In this document: positions 18,616 through 28,662 of the stretch, piece after piece
Layout: each line of letters starts with the position of its first letter
Position numbering within the stretch: position 1 is the first letter of the stretch
Source of the DNA: Polyangiaceae bacterium
GTDB lineage: Bacteria > Myxococcota_A > Polyangia > Polyangiales > Polyangiaceae
Assembly (NCBI GenBank): GCA_965222375.1
Contig: CBDCTZ010000016.1
Coordinates: 416,001 to 480,000, forward strand
Direction of reading: 5' to 3'
DNA: 64,000 nucleotides
Program-made: the position numbers and the translations under genes
Notes under the pieces: generated by a model
Database searches by the model: none
What the model was told of the DNA's origin: nothing
The model's input: only the letters and a program-made list of their open reading frames with translations

Positions 18616-18805
18616 GATTCGCTACAGCTCCAGTTGCCCCCCTGGAAAGCTCGAGTCAGATGCGCCGGTCGAGCGACAGCCGGACCGAAGCGTACTTGAG
18701 TACGTGAGGACCGGAAGTGCAGCGAGACCAAGCAGATGGCCGAGATCTCCAGGGGTCGCTTCAGGATGTGACGGGTTCAGCCGACTATGGCACATTTCGT
18801 GGCCT

Positions 18806-20344
18806 GTGATCCCCGAGGCGACGCGCCAGCTAATCCGAGACCGCTTGGCAGCGGAGACGGGGCGAATTGATAAAGACGCGCCGCTTCGTGTCGCGTTGAC
18901 CTATCCGTCACCCTACGCCGTCGGCATGAGCAGCCTCGGCTATCAGCGCATCTACCGCGCGGTGCAGGCTTGCCCCGGGATGGTTGCCGAGCGGGTGTTC
19001 TTGCCCGATGGCGGAGACCGCGCGGGGGCGAAGTTTCCTGCGCCGGTGAGTTACGAGAGCTTGCGGCAGCTCGGTGACTTCGACGTGATTGCCGCAAGCG
19101 TTGCGTACGAAATCGAGCTGTCCGGGCTGAGTCGCATGCTCGCCGTCTCGGGTATTCCGCCGCTGCAGGCTGAGCGGGACGAGAGCCATCCGCTGGTATT
19201 GGCTGGTGGGCCACTGACATTTTCAAACCCGGTGCCTCTGGGCGCCTTCGCCGATGCGATCGTGATCGGCGAGGCGGAAGAGCTCGTGATTCCGGCGCTC
19301 GAGATCGCTTTCGGTGGGGTTGCTCGCGGCGTGAAGCTCGAGGCCCTGGCTGGGCTTGGCCACGTCTATGTCCCCGCTTTGCACGGCGAGGCCGTCCCGG
19401 AGGTTGCAGCTTGCAGCGACTCGCTACTGCCAGCGACTAGCGCCATCATCACGCCTCATACGGAATTGTCGAACATGTTCCTGCTCGAAGTGGAGCGGGG
19501 CTGCTCGCGAGGGTGCACATATTGTGTGATGCGACGCACCACCAACGGCGGCATGCGGGTGGTGCGGCCCGAGGTCGTGCTGGATGCCATTCCAGAGCAC
19601 GTCGAACGGGTGGGCCTGGTGGGTGCGGCGGTCAGTGATCACCCCCGGATCACGTCGATTTTGCACGGGCTGGCGGAGCGGGAGGTCAATGTAGGCCTGT
19701 CCAGCTTGCGGCCGGATCGCCTCAGGGACGAATTCGTTGCGGCGTTGAAGGCCGTTGGCTACCGCACGCTGACGACGGCCCTGGATGGCGCGAGCCAACG
19801 CATGCGCGATGTGATCGAGCGACGCGGCCGAGAGCAGCACTACCTGGAAGCAGCCGAAAACGCCCGCAAGCACGACATGAAGCGCCTCAAGTTGTATCTG
19901 ATGATCGGCCTGCCGAACGAGATGGATGCAGACATCGACGAATGCGTGCGCTTCGTCACGGAGCTGTCCAAGATCATTCCCGTAGCATTGAGCATCGCGC
20001 CTTTCTGCTCCAAGCGCAACACCCCCCTCGACACCCTGCCCTACGCGGGCATTCGCACGGTGCAGGCACGTTTGAGTCGCTTGACGCGCGGCCTCAAGGG
20101 CCGCGCTGACGTTCGCTCCACCAGCGCGAAGTGGGCTTGGGTAGAACATGTTTTGGCTCAGGGCGGCTTGGCCGAGGGCCGCGCGGTTTGGACGGCGGCC
20201 CAAAGCGGTGCGCGCTTTGCGGACTTCCGCGCCGCCTTCGAATCCATGGGTCACTCGCCCGACGGCGCAGGTTATGCGTCTGCCCTGCCCGTCGCCGGCC
20301 CCGAATGGAGGGGCAAGCGCAGGCTGGACGTCGTGGTGGGGTAG
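18806..20344 (+). CDS. Radical SAM protein with N-terminal B12-binding-like domain
   Basis: CSRGCTYC (CX3CX2C); YPSPYAVGMSSLG, GGP..NP.P and LKLYLMIGLP motifs; start uncertain. Confidence 0.9.
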   Translation: MIPEATRQLIRDRLAAETGRIDKDAPLRVALTYPSPYAVGMSSLGYQRIYRAVQACPGMVAERVFLPDGGDRAGAKFPAPVSYESLRQLGDFDVIAASVAYEIELSGLSRMLAVSGIPPLQAERDESHPLVLAGGPLTFSNPVPLGAFADAIVIGEAEELVIPALEIAFGGVARGVKLEALAGLGHVYVPALHGEAVPEVAACSDSLLPATSAIITPHTELSNMFLLEVERGCSRGCTYCVMRRTTNGGMRVVRPEVVLDAIPEHVERVGLVGAAVSDHPRITSILHGLAEREVNVGLSSLRPDRLRDEFVAALKAVGYRTLTTALDGASQRMRDVIERRGREQHYLEAAENARKHDMKRLKLYLMIGLPNEMDADIDECVRFVTELSKIIPVALSIAPFCSKRNTPLDTLPYAGIRTVQARLSRLTRGLKGRADVRSTSAKWAWVEHVLAQGGLAEGRAVWTAAQSGARFADFRAAFESMGHSPDGAGYASALPVAGPEWRGKRRLDVVVG

Positions 20345-20351
20345 CGTCGGC

Positions 20352-20864
20352 TCAGGGCACTACATCTTCATGTTCTTTGATGAAGGCCTGCAGGGTGCTG
20401 CCCAGGGTCTGCGCGGTATTGAAGTTGTAGTCGTGGCGCACGATGAACGTCGCAGCGTCGAAGGGGTTGGAGCTCACCTTGATGGGCAGCTCCGTGTGGC
20501 GCAGGCTCATGATGGTCGTGACTAGGCTGCGTTGAATGGCGCTCACGAACCCGGACGCGCGGAACAGTACGACGCAACAGGACATATGCCGCTCGATCCG
20601 TGGCCAGTGCGCCACGATGGTTTGCCTGGCCTCTGCAGAAAGCGCCGGCCGCTTCGCCCGGGGGGCAACGACGACGCAGACACCGTCTGGGTGCTCCTTG
20701 CGCAGCCTGTCCACCCGGTGAATGAACTGGCGTACGGATTCGGATGTCGGGGGCTCACGGGTGACTGCAACGGCCAGGTTCCCCAGGGTGCCAAACACGT
20801 ACCCCGGCTCCATCAGTACGGGCTGAATCGGGCGTCGGTTTGCAGTGGTGGGGTCGGTGTCCAT
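20352..20864 (-). CDS. Hypothetical protein (STAS/SEC14-like myxobacterial family)
   Basis: Intact ORF with SAEARQ..GFVSAIQRS pattern; family assignment tentative. Confidence 0.6.
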   Translation of the reverse strand: MDTDPTTANRRPIQPVLMEPGYVFGTLGNLAVAVTREPPTSESVRQFIHRVDRLRKEHPDGVCVVVAPRAKRPALSAEARQTIVAHWPRIERHMSCCVVLFRASGFVSAIQRSLVTTIMSLRHTELPIKVSSNPFDAATFIVRHDYNFNTAQTLGSTLQAFIKEHEDVVP

Positions 20865-20930
20865 TTCGCGCGCCCATCCTAACTAGCGGTCGAAACCGTT
20901 CTGCGCAAAGGGCTTTTCGTCGCATGGGCT

Positions 20931-21887
20931 TCATTGGGTTACGATGGCGCGCCTCAGCGTCCAGCCCCGGGTATTGGCCCCGGCACTGATTTGCACGACG
21001 ATGGCTTCGCCCTTTTTGCGGTAGCTGATGCGCTTGGGAAAGTCGTGCTTTTCGTTCACGACCACGAGGCTATTTGGCTCGCTGGAGACGCGAGCGAATT
21101 CCGTGGCTTTGCCCCCGCGAGGCATGGCGATGAAGACGGTGTCGTTCCCACGCTTTTCGATGCGCAAGAACTCGTAGAAGAGCTGCTTGCCATCTTTGGA
21201 ACTGCGGCCGGCGCCGAGCATGCTGCCGCCGTGGGCGTGGGTCCAATGCTCCTCGATGGTCACGCCCTTGTCGTCGACTCCGACCCAGCTGCCAGCAAGC
21301 CATGCCAAGTTTGCCAAAGGCTCGCCCTCGGCCGACTTCAATATTTGGGCATCGCCGGCAGCCTGCTTGACGATCGGAAAACGCTCGTTCGGAATCGTCA
21401 GCGCCAAGTTGTATTGAAGGATGACGTAGCGCTCGTCACGCTGGACCAAGATCCCAGAGCCCCGGGCCGGGCCTAGGTTAGGCGTCTCGAGTTGTTCTTC
21501 GAACCATGCCCACTTGCCGTCATCGCTCACCGCGATGCTTCGGCGCTGAGCGCGAAAGCTCCAAGCTTTGCCCCGAGCGAAATGCGGAGCGGCATAGGCG
21601 CGAAACTGAAGCTTGGTCCAACGTTCCTTGGCATCTGTGCCGAGGAACAGGCTGTCTTCTGCAAGATGAGAGAAGTAACGATCCTCATCAGCAGCGGCGG
21701 CGGCGGCATGAAAGTCGTCGAGTACTTTCGCCACTCTGCGCCGCGCCTCCGCGGAGCTGACGGTCTCGCCCAGGTCGGGATTTGGGTCGCGGGTTGGCGC
21801 TGCCGACGGGGCCGCTGCCATTGCACCGGGTGGCCCGACACAGGCCGCGCATAGCGCCAAGACAATCCACGAAAAGCCTTGCCTCAT
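20931..21887 (-). CDS. SnoaL/NTF2-like plus DUF6265 fusion, exported
   Basis: LDDFHAAAA..FLGTDAKERW..RGSG..QYNL (NTF2-like) followed by LAWLAGSW..EEHW..HDFPKRISY (DUF6265). Confidence 0.8.
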   Translation of the reverse strand: MRQGFSWIVLALCAACVGPPGAMAAAPSAAPTRDPNPDLGETVSSAEARRRVAKVLDDFHAAAAAADEDRYFSHLAEDSLFLGTDAKERWTKLQFRAYAAPHFARGKAWSFRAQRRSIAVSDDGKWAWFEEQLETPNLGPARGSGILVQRDERYVILQYNLALTIPNERFPIVKQAAGDAQILKSAEGEPLANLAWLAGSWVGVDDKGVTIEEHWTHAHGGSMLGAGRSSKDGKQLFYEFLRIEKRGNDTVFIAMPRGGKATEFARVSSEPNSLVVVNEKHDFPKRISYRKKGEAIVVQISAGANTRGWTLRRAIVTQ

Positions 21888-22060
21888 AGCGATCTTTTAC
21901 CGCACTCGCTGTGGCGCCCGGTGGTTCGAGTCTTGGCTCCACCCGGGGCCCGGCCAGTGCCGAGGAAAACCCCGCCTTTGTCCGCATGACTCGGCGTTCC
22001 GGCGAGGCGCCGTGGGCGCAAGACGTTCCGCCGCGGTGGCCGGTGGTATGACTGCGGGGC

Positions 22061-24775
22061 GTGAAAGAACTCGAACGCAGCATCGGTCCAGTGGCCGTCA
22101 TCGCCATCAGCATGAGCGCCATGCTCGGCAGTGGCATTTTCGTGCTGCCTGGCCTGGCGGCGGCGAAGACGGGGCCAGCTGTGTGGGCTGCGTATCTGCT
22201 GGCAGGCGTGTGCGTGTTTCCGGCTGCGGCCTGCAAGGCCGAGCTTTCTACGGCCATGCCGACCTCCGGCGGAACCTATGTCTACCTGGATCGCATTTTT
22301 GGGCCGCTGGCCGGAACCGTGTCTGGCGTGGCTCTTTGGTTGGCCCTGCTGCTGAAGAGCTCGTTCGCTCTCGTCGGTATTGGAACTTACCTGGTCGTCC
22401 TGGGCAACCTGCCCGTCGTGCCCACCGCTCTGGTTTGCTTGCTTTTCATCGTCGCCCTCAACCTGCTGGGAATCAAAAAGGTAGGGCGCGCCCAGATCGG
22501 AATTCTCGCAGTGACCTTGGTGGCTCTGGGAGTGTTGGTTCCCTTTGGGCTCACTGACGCCCACCGCCCCAACCTTTCCGACGGCATGTCCAATGGCTTT
22601 CCGGGACTCTTGGCGGCCGCAGGGTTCGTGTTCGCTTCATACGCGGGCGTGACCAAGGTCGCGGCCATCGCCGAAGAGGTCCGCAACCCGGCGCGCAATC
22701 TGCCGCTTGGGATCTTGGCTTCCCTCGTCATCGTGATGACGCTGTACAGCCTGATTTCCTTCACCCTCGTCAGCGTCATTCCGCATCAGCAGCTGCATGA
22801 CGACTTGCACCCGATCTACACCCTGGCGCATCGGGTGGGAGGGTATTGGGCGGGCATTGCAGCCGGGGTGGTCGGAGTCGTGACCATGGCGTCGATGGCA
22901 AACTCTGGCTTGCTCGCCGCCTCCCGCTTTCCTTTTGCGATGGCCAGGGATCGATTGCTCCCGGGTCTCTTGCAGGAGGTGCACCGAGGCACGGGAACGC
23001 CCTTCGCGTCGATCATCGTTACCGGCGCAGCCATGGCCCTCGCGGTTTCGACCCTGAATGTCGAAGGCCTGGCGAAGATGGCCAGCGGTTTGGTAATCAT
23101 GCTGTTCATCGCCAACAACCTTGCGGTGATCGTGTTTCGCGAGAGCCGCGTGCATTGGTACCAACCCAAGTACCGCTCGCCGTTCTACCCATGGCTCCAG
23201 GCCTTCGGCATCGTCTCGGGGGTCGTGTTGTTGGTGACCCTTGGAGCGTCAGTCGTCTTTGGCGCCTTGCTCTCCGTGTTGCCGGGCTTGGCGTTGTACA
23301 TCTTCTACGGACGACGCCGGGTCGAGCGCATTGGGGTCCTTGGTCAGCGTGTTCGGCGTGCGTTGACCCTGACCGCGCCTCCGGTGGCGCATCGCGGTTT
23401 CGAGATTGTCGAAGACGCGTCCGTGGTCGTCGCCCTTTTCGGCAAGGAGCACTCACCGGAAATGGTGGTGGAGCTCGGCGCGGCGTTGGCCAAAGACCGG
23501 CGCATTCAGGTGATTCACCTCACGGAAGTTCCCGAGCAAACGACCATCGAAGCCGCACTGGAAGAAGACGTGTCGGTTCGTTCTTTGCGCAGGCGGGTTC
23601 GAGCCCTGGGTGAAGAGCGCAACCTGATGCTCGAGTTCCATGCCGTCCTGTCTCGGGACCTGGGCCAGACAGTGCATAGCGTGTCCGCCAGTGCCCATTG
23701 CGAATGGCTGGTCATGGAGTGGCGCGGCAGGGAGCGCCAGACCTTGGTGCCCTACAACCCTATCGGTTGGCTCATGAACAACCTGGAGGCCAACCTGGCG
23801 TTTTACAAGGACGCCGGCGTGCGCTTCGTACGAGAAATCTTGGTTTATGCGGAGCCGGGGCCTCATGACGCGTTGGTCGTGCGCACCGCAGATCACCTGG
23901 CGAGTTTGTGGAAGGCAGAATTGACGCTGGTGCGCTTCCTGGAGGAGAGCGCGCCCGATTCCGCAGCGCAGGCGGAGCATGAGTATCTCGACCAGTTGGT
24001 GGAGTTGTGTAACGCGCCGGTCAGCAAGCGCCTGGCGCGGGGCATGAAGCGCATCAAGACCCTAGCGGCGGAAACAGCGGCCTACGATCTCTTGGTCATG
24101 GGCGCACCAGATGTGACTCTGGCCAGGCAGATCGTCGGGACGGATCAGGACAACATCAAAGCACGGGCGGCCTGCTCGGTGCTGACCGTCAAGACGCCTC
24201 GGCAGTTCACGCACCAAGCCTATTCGGAGGCTTCCGCCACCCGCGCTTCGGTTCCCACCAGCCTGCCAGACTTCTTGGCGCCGGGCGCGGCCGCTGCCCG
24301 CCTGGACATTGGTCGTAAAGAAGCGCTGTTCCAGCAGATCGCTCAGGTCTTCGAACCCGTGATCGTGGATGTGACCAGCCGCCAGATCGTCGATGCGCTG
24401 TGGGAACGCGAGCGCACCCAAAACACTTCAGTGGGTCATGGCGTTGCTTTGCCTCACGCTACCCTGAACATCGCCAAGACTGCTCTGGTAGGGGTGTTCA
24501 CGACGGCGAAACCCATCGACTATCAAGGGCCTGATGGCGAGCCCGTCGATGTGTTCTTCGTTACGATCTGCTCGCCGAGCGAGCGCCAAACCCACTTGGA
24601 GTTGCTTTCGCGAATCGCTGGGCTGACCTTGAAGACCAGCCTGCTCGAACGTCTCAGGGCTGCCGAAGACGAAAAGGCTATTCGTGTTGCCCTGAGTGAG
24701 TGTAGTGCCGAGCTTGAGGAATCCGGACGCTCACCCATGGTCAGCATGCCCAACTCGAAGGCCGGGGTCGGCTAA
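22061..24775 (+). CDS. APC amino acid permease fused to USP-like domains and a PTS EIIA(Ntr/Fru-type) domain
   Basis: MLGSGIFVLPG, GGTYVY and AEEVRNPARNLP motifs with about 12 TM; YDLLVMGA..CSVLTV (USP); ERERTQNTSVGHGVALPHA (EIIA). Confidence 0.9.
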   Translation: MKELERSIGPVAVIAISMSAMLGSGIFVLPGLAAAKTGPAVWAAYLLAGVCVFPAAACKAELSTAMPTSGGTYVYLDRIFGPLAGTVSGVALWLALLLKSSFALVGIGTYLVVLGNLPVVPTALVCLLFIVALNLLGIKKVGRAQIGILAVTLVALGVLVPFGLTDAHRPNLSDGMSNGFPGLLAAAGFVFASYAGVTKVAAIAEEVRNPARNLPLGILASLVIVMTLYSLISFTLVSVIPHQQLHDDLHPIYTLAHRVGGYWAGIAAGVVGVVTMASMANSGLLAASRFPFAMARDRLLPGLLQEVHRGTGTPFASIIVTGAAMALAVSTLNVEGLAKMASGLVIMLFIANNLAVIVFRESRVHWYQPKYRSPFYPWLQAFGIVSGVVLLVTLGASVVFGALLSVLPGLALYIFYGRRRVERIGVLGQRVRRALTLTAPPVAHRGFEIVEDASVVVALFGKEHSPEMVVELGAALAKDRRIQVIHLTEVPEQTTIEAALEEDVSVRSLRRRVRALGEERNLMLEFHAVLSRDLGQTVHSVSASAHCEWLVMEWRGRERQTLVPYNPIGWLMNNLEANLAFYKDAGVRFVREILVYAEPGPHDALVVRTADHLASLWKAELTLVRFLEESAPDSAAQAEHEYLDQLVELCNAPVSKRLARGMKRIKTLAAETAAYDLLVMGAPDVTLARQIVGTDQDNIKARAACSVLTVKTPRQFTHQAYSEASATRASVPTSLPDFLAPGAAAARLDIGRKEALFQQIAQVFEPVIVDVTSRQIVDALWERERTQNTSVGHGVALPHATLNIAKTALVGVFTTAKPIDYQGPDGEPVDVFFVTICSPSERQTHLELLSRIAGLTLKTSLLERLRAAEDEKAIRVALSECSAELEESGRSPMVSMPNSKAGVG

Positions 24776-24923
24776 CGGGGCCGGGGCTGTCGTTACGCAC
24801 GAGGTGCCGATGACGTCAGGGCCGGCACATCCCAAAAAAGGAACGGCGCACTAGTCACTTGGGGTTCGGATGGGGAACGATCCGGGACGCATGACCGTAG
24901 ATCACGGAAGAAGTTCCCGTGAG

Positions 24924-25565
24924 ATGAATCCTTGGAGTACGACGGCAGCCGTCCTGTTGGGACTTGCGCTCTGCGCTTGCGGCTCGCGCTGCCCGCAGCA
25001 GCCGACGGGTTGTCAAGACTCGCTGAAGCTGCAGGTGCTACTTCCGGAGACAACACCACGAGCCTACGTCCTCAACCTGACTTTCGAGCAAGATGGTCGA
25101 GTCGACACGGATCGCTGCCTGATTGCCATGCCGCTGCCAGAAGGCTTCAATGGGTTCACGGCAGCGTGCCAGAAGAACGCGGCTTCGGTGAGCGTGGTTC
25201 GCGTGCTGGACAATAATTGCGTGAGCTTTCCCCAGAGCGCCAGCTGTTCGGTGCAGAGCCGTGGCGTGTACTTGAAGGTCCATCGGGCGGGCTTGTCCTC
25301 GAGAGTGCAGATTCAGTTGGAGCAGAGCGACGTCGTGTTCGACGCCCAGGAGCTAACTCCGAAGTATCAAGCGTTTCGACCCGATGGCCCTTCATGCCCA
25401 GGTCAGTGTATGCAGGCCGAGATGTCCGTCGCCTTCGACGACTTGGTGCAGACGCCCGGCGCGGACGCAGGTGTGGACGCGGGCGACGCCTCCGTGCCGG
25501 AGGATGCCGGCGACGATGGCGCCGCATCGTCACCCGACGCGGGTGTGGACGCGACCGGCGACTGA
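24924..25565 (+). CDS. Hypothetical lipoprotein
   Basis: Lipobox LCAC, P-D-G-P-S-C motif and DAG-rich tail. Confidence 0.65.
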   Translation: MNPWSTTAAVLLGLALCACGSRCPQQPTGCQDSLKLQVLLPETTPRAYVLNLTFEQDGRVDTDRCLIAMPLPEGFNGFTAACQKNAASVSVVRVLDNNCVSFPQSASCSVQSRGVYLKVHRAGLSSRVQIQLEQSDVVFDAQELTPKYQAFRPDGPSCPGQCMQAEMSVAFDDLVQTPGADAGVDAGDASVPEDAGDDGAASSPDAGVDATGD

Positions 25566-25640
25566 ACCCGGGGCGGCGTGGCTGGCCGGGACCGCTAGGC
25601 CGCGGTTGATCATCGAGTCCAGGGGCGACACAATGCGTTC

Positions 25641-26090
25641 ATGTCCTGGAACGTCTACCTATCGGGGGAAATCCATACGGATTGGCGCGAGCAGATCTGC
25701 GCCGGTGCAGAGGCGGCCGGGCTTGCTGTTCGCTTCACGTCGCCCATCACAGACCACGTGACCAGCGACGATTGTGGCGTCAAGATTCTCGGCGCTGAGA
25801 GTGAGCCTTTTTGGCACGATCACAAGAGTGCCAAGCTCAATGCGATTCGAACGCGGACCCTGATCCGCCAAGCCGATGTGGTGGTGGTGCGCTTTGGCGA
25901 GAAGTATCGGCAGTGGAACGCGGCTTTCGATGCTGGCTACGCTGTGGCCTTGGGCAAGCCGCTGGTCACTTTGCACGATCCTTCGCTCCGGCACGCCCTC
26001 AAAGAGGTGGACGGTGCGGCTCAGGCGACGGCAGAGCGTCCTGAGCAGGTCGTGGAAATCCTGACGTACGTGCTGTCTGGGCTCGGTTGA
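25641..26090 (+). CDS. YtoQ family protein (nucleoside 2-deoxyribosyltransferase-like fold)
   Basis: VYLSGEIHTDWRE, RFGEKYRQWNAAFDAGYA and HALKEVD motifs. Confidence 0.9.
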   Translation: MSWNVYLSGEIHTDWREQICAGAEAAGLAVRFTSPITDHVTSDDCGVKILGAESEPFWHDHKSAKLNAIRTRTLIRQADVVVVRFGEKYRQWNAAFDAGYAVALGKPLVTLHDPSLRHALKEVDGAAQATAERPEQVVEILTYVLSGLG

Positions 26091-26147
26091 TCTCGCGGCA
26101 GCTGCGAGGATGAGGGCCGCCTGCAGACGCGTGCCTCGTCGTTGGAA

Positions 26148-26963
26148 TCAGTTGCTCAGACCGAAGCGAGCCTTGAGCCGCGCAGCGGACGGGCTCTGCG
26201 GGTTGTTGGCGAGGAAGCGTGCCGCCAACTGGCGAGCCTGCGCCTTGCGACCGCTCTGCGCGAGCAGGTCGATGCGCACCAACGTGAGCTCCGGGTACAG
26301 CCGCCCCTTGGGGAATCGGGTTCGGTACTCGGAGATGGCAGCATTGGCAGCGGCGCTGTCGCCTCGAGCCACGGCAGCTCGCGCACGCTCCAGCACGAGC
26401 AGTTCGTCTTTCAGCGTGCCCAGTTTCGCGCTGGGCGCGGCACCCGACCCTGGAAGCGTCTCGGAGTTTGCGATGGCCTTGGGCATCTGTGCACGATTGG
26501 CCCGGCTGTCTTCTGCGGCGGGGCTTTCGTTCGGTTCAGGTGCCGCGACCTGCTCGGGCTCAATAGGAGCCGCTTTCGACTGTCGTAGCGCTGCGCCGGC
26601 CTCTTCTGCGACCCCGGGCAGGGCCGCGGTCTTGGCCGCCAAGGTTGGCGCGGGCTGTGAGCCAGCGTTCAACGCGGCCTGGACTCCGACGGAACTCCCG
26701 ACGCCAAGGACCACGCCGATCCCCAACCACTTGAGCACGCCGCCGCCCAGCAAGGCGCCGCTGCCCGAGGCACCAGCCGCTCCTGCTGCCTTCGCTGCGC
26801 CTGCCGCGCCTGCCGCGCCTGCCGCTCCCGTCGCGCTCGCCGTTGCGGTGACCGCGAGTAGCACCTTTTGCACGGTCTGCGAGGACGGCTCGTCACTGTC
26901 ACCGGCGCGCAACAGCTTGCCAAGCAGCGCGTCGTCATCTCGTTGAAGGCGTTCGTCGCTCAT
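26148..26963 (-). CDS. Putative anti-sigma factor (TM plus C-terminal TPR-like domain)
   Basis: Overlaps the sigma stop (ATGA); Ala/Gly linker, TM, and EL..L..AR..Y..RFP.G.L pattern. Confidence 0.75.
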   Translation of the reverse strand: MSDERLQRDDDALLGKLLRAGDSDEPSSQTVQKVLLAVTATASATGAAGAAGAAGAAKAAGAAGASGSGALLGGGVLKWLGIGVVLGVGSSVGVQAALNAGSQPAPTLAAKTAALPGVAEEAGAALRQSKAAPIEPEQVAAPEPNESPAAEDSRANRAQMPKAIANSETLPGSGAAPSAKLGTLKDELLVLERARAAVARGDSAAANAAISEYRTRFPKGRLYPELTLVRIDLLAQSGRKAQARQLAARFLANNPQSPSAARLKARFGLSN

Positions 26964-27550
26964 GCCCTGCCTCGCTGTGAGTGAAGTCTTGTCTGCAAGC
27001 GGCTGACGTGGCTCTTGAAGTCGTCGCGCGCGGCGCGCAAACGCGATGCGGCTGTGCCTCGTGGGATCCCCAAGGTCTCGGCGATCTCCGTCAGGCTAAG
27101 CCCCTCGAACTCTGCCGCAACCAACACGGCTCGTCGCTCCAGAGGCATGCTCGCCAGAACCTGGTCGAGCAGCTGCCGGGCTCGCAATTGATCCGCAAGA
27201 GAGTCGGGGTGGGGCGTTGGATCCGACATTTCGAGCAACACGTCGTCGCTGACCTCTTGCCGCCGGCCGCGCACGGAGCGCACAGAAGACGCAATGCGAT
27301 AGGCCGTGCTGAGCAGAAACGGCCGCTCACTGCCAAATCGAATGTCGTCCAGTCGCCGCGCTGCCACCAACATCACTTCCTGTAGCGCGTCATCCGCGTC
27401 TGCTTCACCCAGGCCCAGGCGGCGCAGAAAGCGCCACACCACCCGCGAGTGCTCGGTTACCAGGCCGTGCAGACGGTCGCTCGCAGGCATTACCTGCGGC
27501 GGATTCCCAGAATAGGGGGCACTGATCACTGCTTCCGCCGCCAAGGTCAC
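26960..27550 (-). CDS. ECF RNA polymerase sigma factor
   Basis: VWRFLRRLG..DDALQEV (region 2) and EIAETLGIPRGTAASRL (region 4). Start could be 27556, 27550 or 27490. Confidence 0.92.
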   Translation of the reverse strand: MTLAAEAVISAPYSGNPPQVMPASDRLHGLVTEHSRVVWRFLRRLGLGEADADDALQEVMLVAARRLDDIRFGSERPFLLSTAYRIASSVRSVRGRRQEVSDDVLLEMSDPTPHPDSLADQLRARQLLDQVLASMPLERRAVLVAAEFEGLSLTEIAETLGIPRGTAASRLRAARDDFKSHVSRLQTRLHSQRGRA

Positions 27551-27556
27551 CTGCAT

Positions 27557-27581
27557 ATGCGTTGCTAGGGCCAATCGGATC
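27557..27581 (-). promoter_or_regulatory. Putative ECF promoter GATCCG-N13-ACGCAT (upstream of the sigma gene)
   Basis: Identical hexamers and spacing recur at 28752-28776. Confidence 0.7.
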
Positions 27582-28662
27582 AGAAAAAGCGCCCGCCCAG
27601 CGAAATCTCCGCCGTGGGGCTTAGCACGGCGGGTTGATACAGGTGATTTCGCGGATTCCGGAACACGTATTCGTCGCGAGTCAGCGCCAGCTGCGCTCCA
27701 GCTGCGGCATCGAGGAAGATGCGGCTGCCCAGCAGCCAAACCAGGCGCCCTCGGGCGCCCAGGGACGCCCAGGGTCGCGTCTCCGTGCGCGGCCGTGCGA
27801 TGTCCTTGCCCTCGGCCCGGACCGCACCGGCGTCCACGGCCAGACAAGGTCGCAGCACGAGAGCTTCGGCCAGCTCGAATACCAAAGGGCAGCCTTCCGC
27901 TCGCACCGCCATGAGGCGGAACGTCGCTGCTTCGAACTGCGGACCAATTGTTCCGGTTTGCGCCAGCATCGGCTGGAGACGCAACGCCAGCTGCCACGGG
28001 CCAGAAGCCTCGAACTCCAGCGCGGCGAAGGGCGCCGGTGCCAGCAACACTTTAGGGGCCGGTCCCCAGGTTGCAGCCATGGCAACGCCCACGGAAAACA
28101 CGTTGCTCGAGCTGGGCGGTTCGGGTGGGGGTGGGGGCGTGATGATTGGGGATGACGGCGGCGTCGGTGTTGCGTCCGAGGGCTTGGGCTCGTCTTGGGT
28201 TCTGCTGTCGGTTGCTTGCGTGGGGGCACTTGAGCCGTCGGCCGCAGGGTCACCCAGCGCCGCAGCTTCTGGCGTAGTGTCTGCCTGTGGATCCGCGGCG
28301 AGCGCTGCAGCGATGGCGAGAGCTACGGCCACGCTTTGGCAGGTTTCGCCGTCGATCTTGCGGACAGCCGGGGTTTGTCCTGCATCGGTGATGCGCAAGA
28401 CCCCGGCGAAGCCCTCTTCTGCAGCTTCGAGGTTGATGTCGAAATGCCGTACGGCCTCGGAGGTGCTCACCTGGACGTGCTTCGTCCGTGCGCGGATTTC
28501 ACTGACGAATTCTGAACGTGACGGGCAGCTCCGCGTCGCAACATAGCTGATCCGAATCGCCTCGGTTTCCGTCGCGTGTGCTTGCCCGATCCACGTCGAG
28601 ACCGCGGTCCAAAGGGTCAGGGTCACACCCAGTTGGTGGACGATAGATCGCATCACAGACAT
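27580..28662 (-). CDS. Exported protein with C-terminal beta-strand-rich (possible barrel) domain, ECF-cassette associated
   Basis: Signal peptide, CP..C motif, Pro-rich linker, amphipathic strands and terminal Phe. Confidence 0.75.
   Translation of the reverse strand: MSVMRSIVHQLGVTLTLWTAVSTWIGQAHATETEAIRISYVATRSCPSRSEFVSEIRARTKHVQVSTSEAVRHFDINLEAAEEGFAGVLRITDAGQTPAVRKIDGETCQSVAVALAIAAALAADPQADTTPEAAALGDPAADGSSAPTQATDSRTQDEPKPSDATPTPPSSPIITPPPPPEPPSSSNVFSVGVAMAATWGPAPKVLLAPAPFAALEFEASGPWQLALRLQPMLAQTGTIGPQFEAATFRLMAVRAEGCPLVFELAEALVLRPCLAVDAGAVRAEGKDIARPRTETRPWASLGARGRLVWLLGSRIFLDAAAGAQLALTRDEYVFRNPRNHLYQPAVLSPTAEISLGGRFF

Noticed and set aside
18401..18805. Long 5' extensions given by the ORF track (also 26960..27997, 40216..41112, 42626..43522, 14031..14939, 14813..15436)
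   Set aside because: They overlap neighbouring genes or run far upstream of where the family motifs begin; open frames extend by chance in high-GC DNA.
25641..26090. YtoQ as an anti-phage nucleotide-cleaving effector
   Set aside because: The fold is shared with some defence effectors, but this is a stand-alone conserved YtoQ with no defence context.
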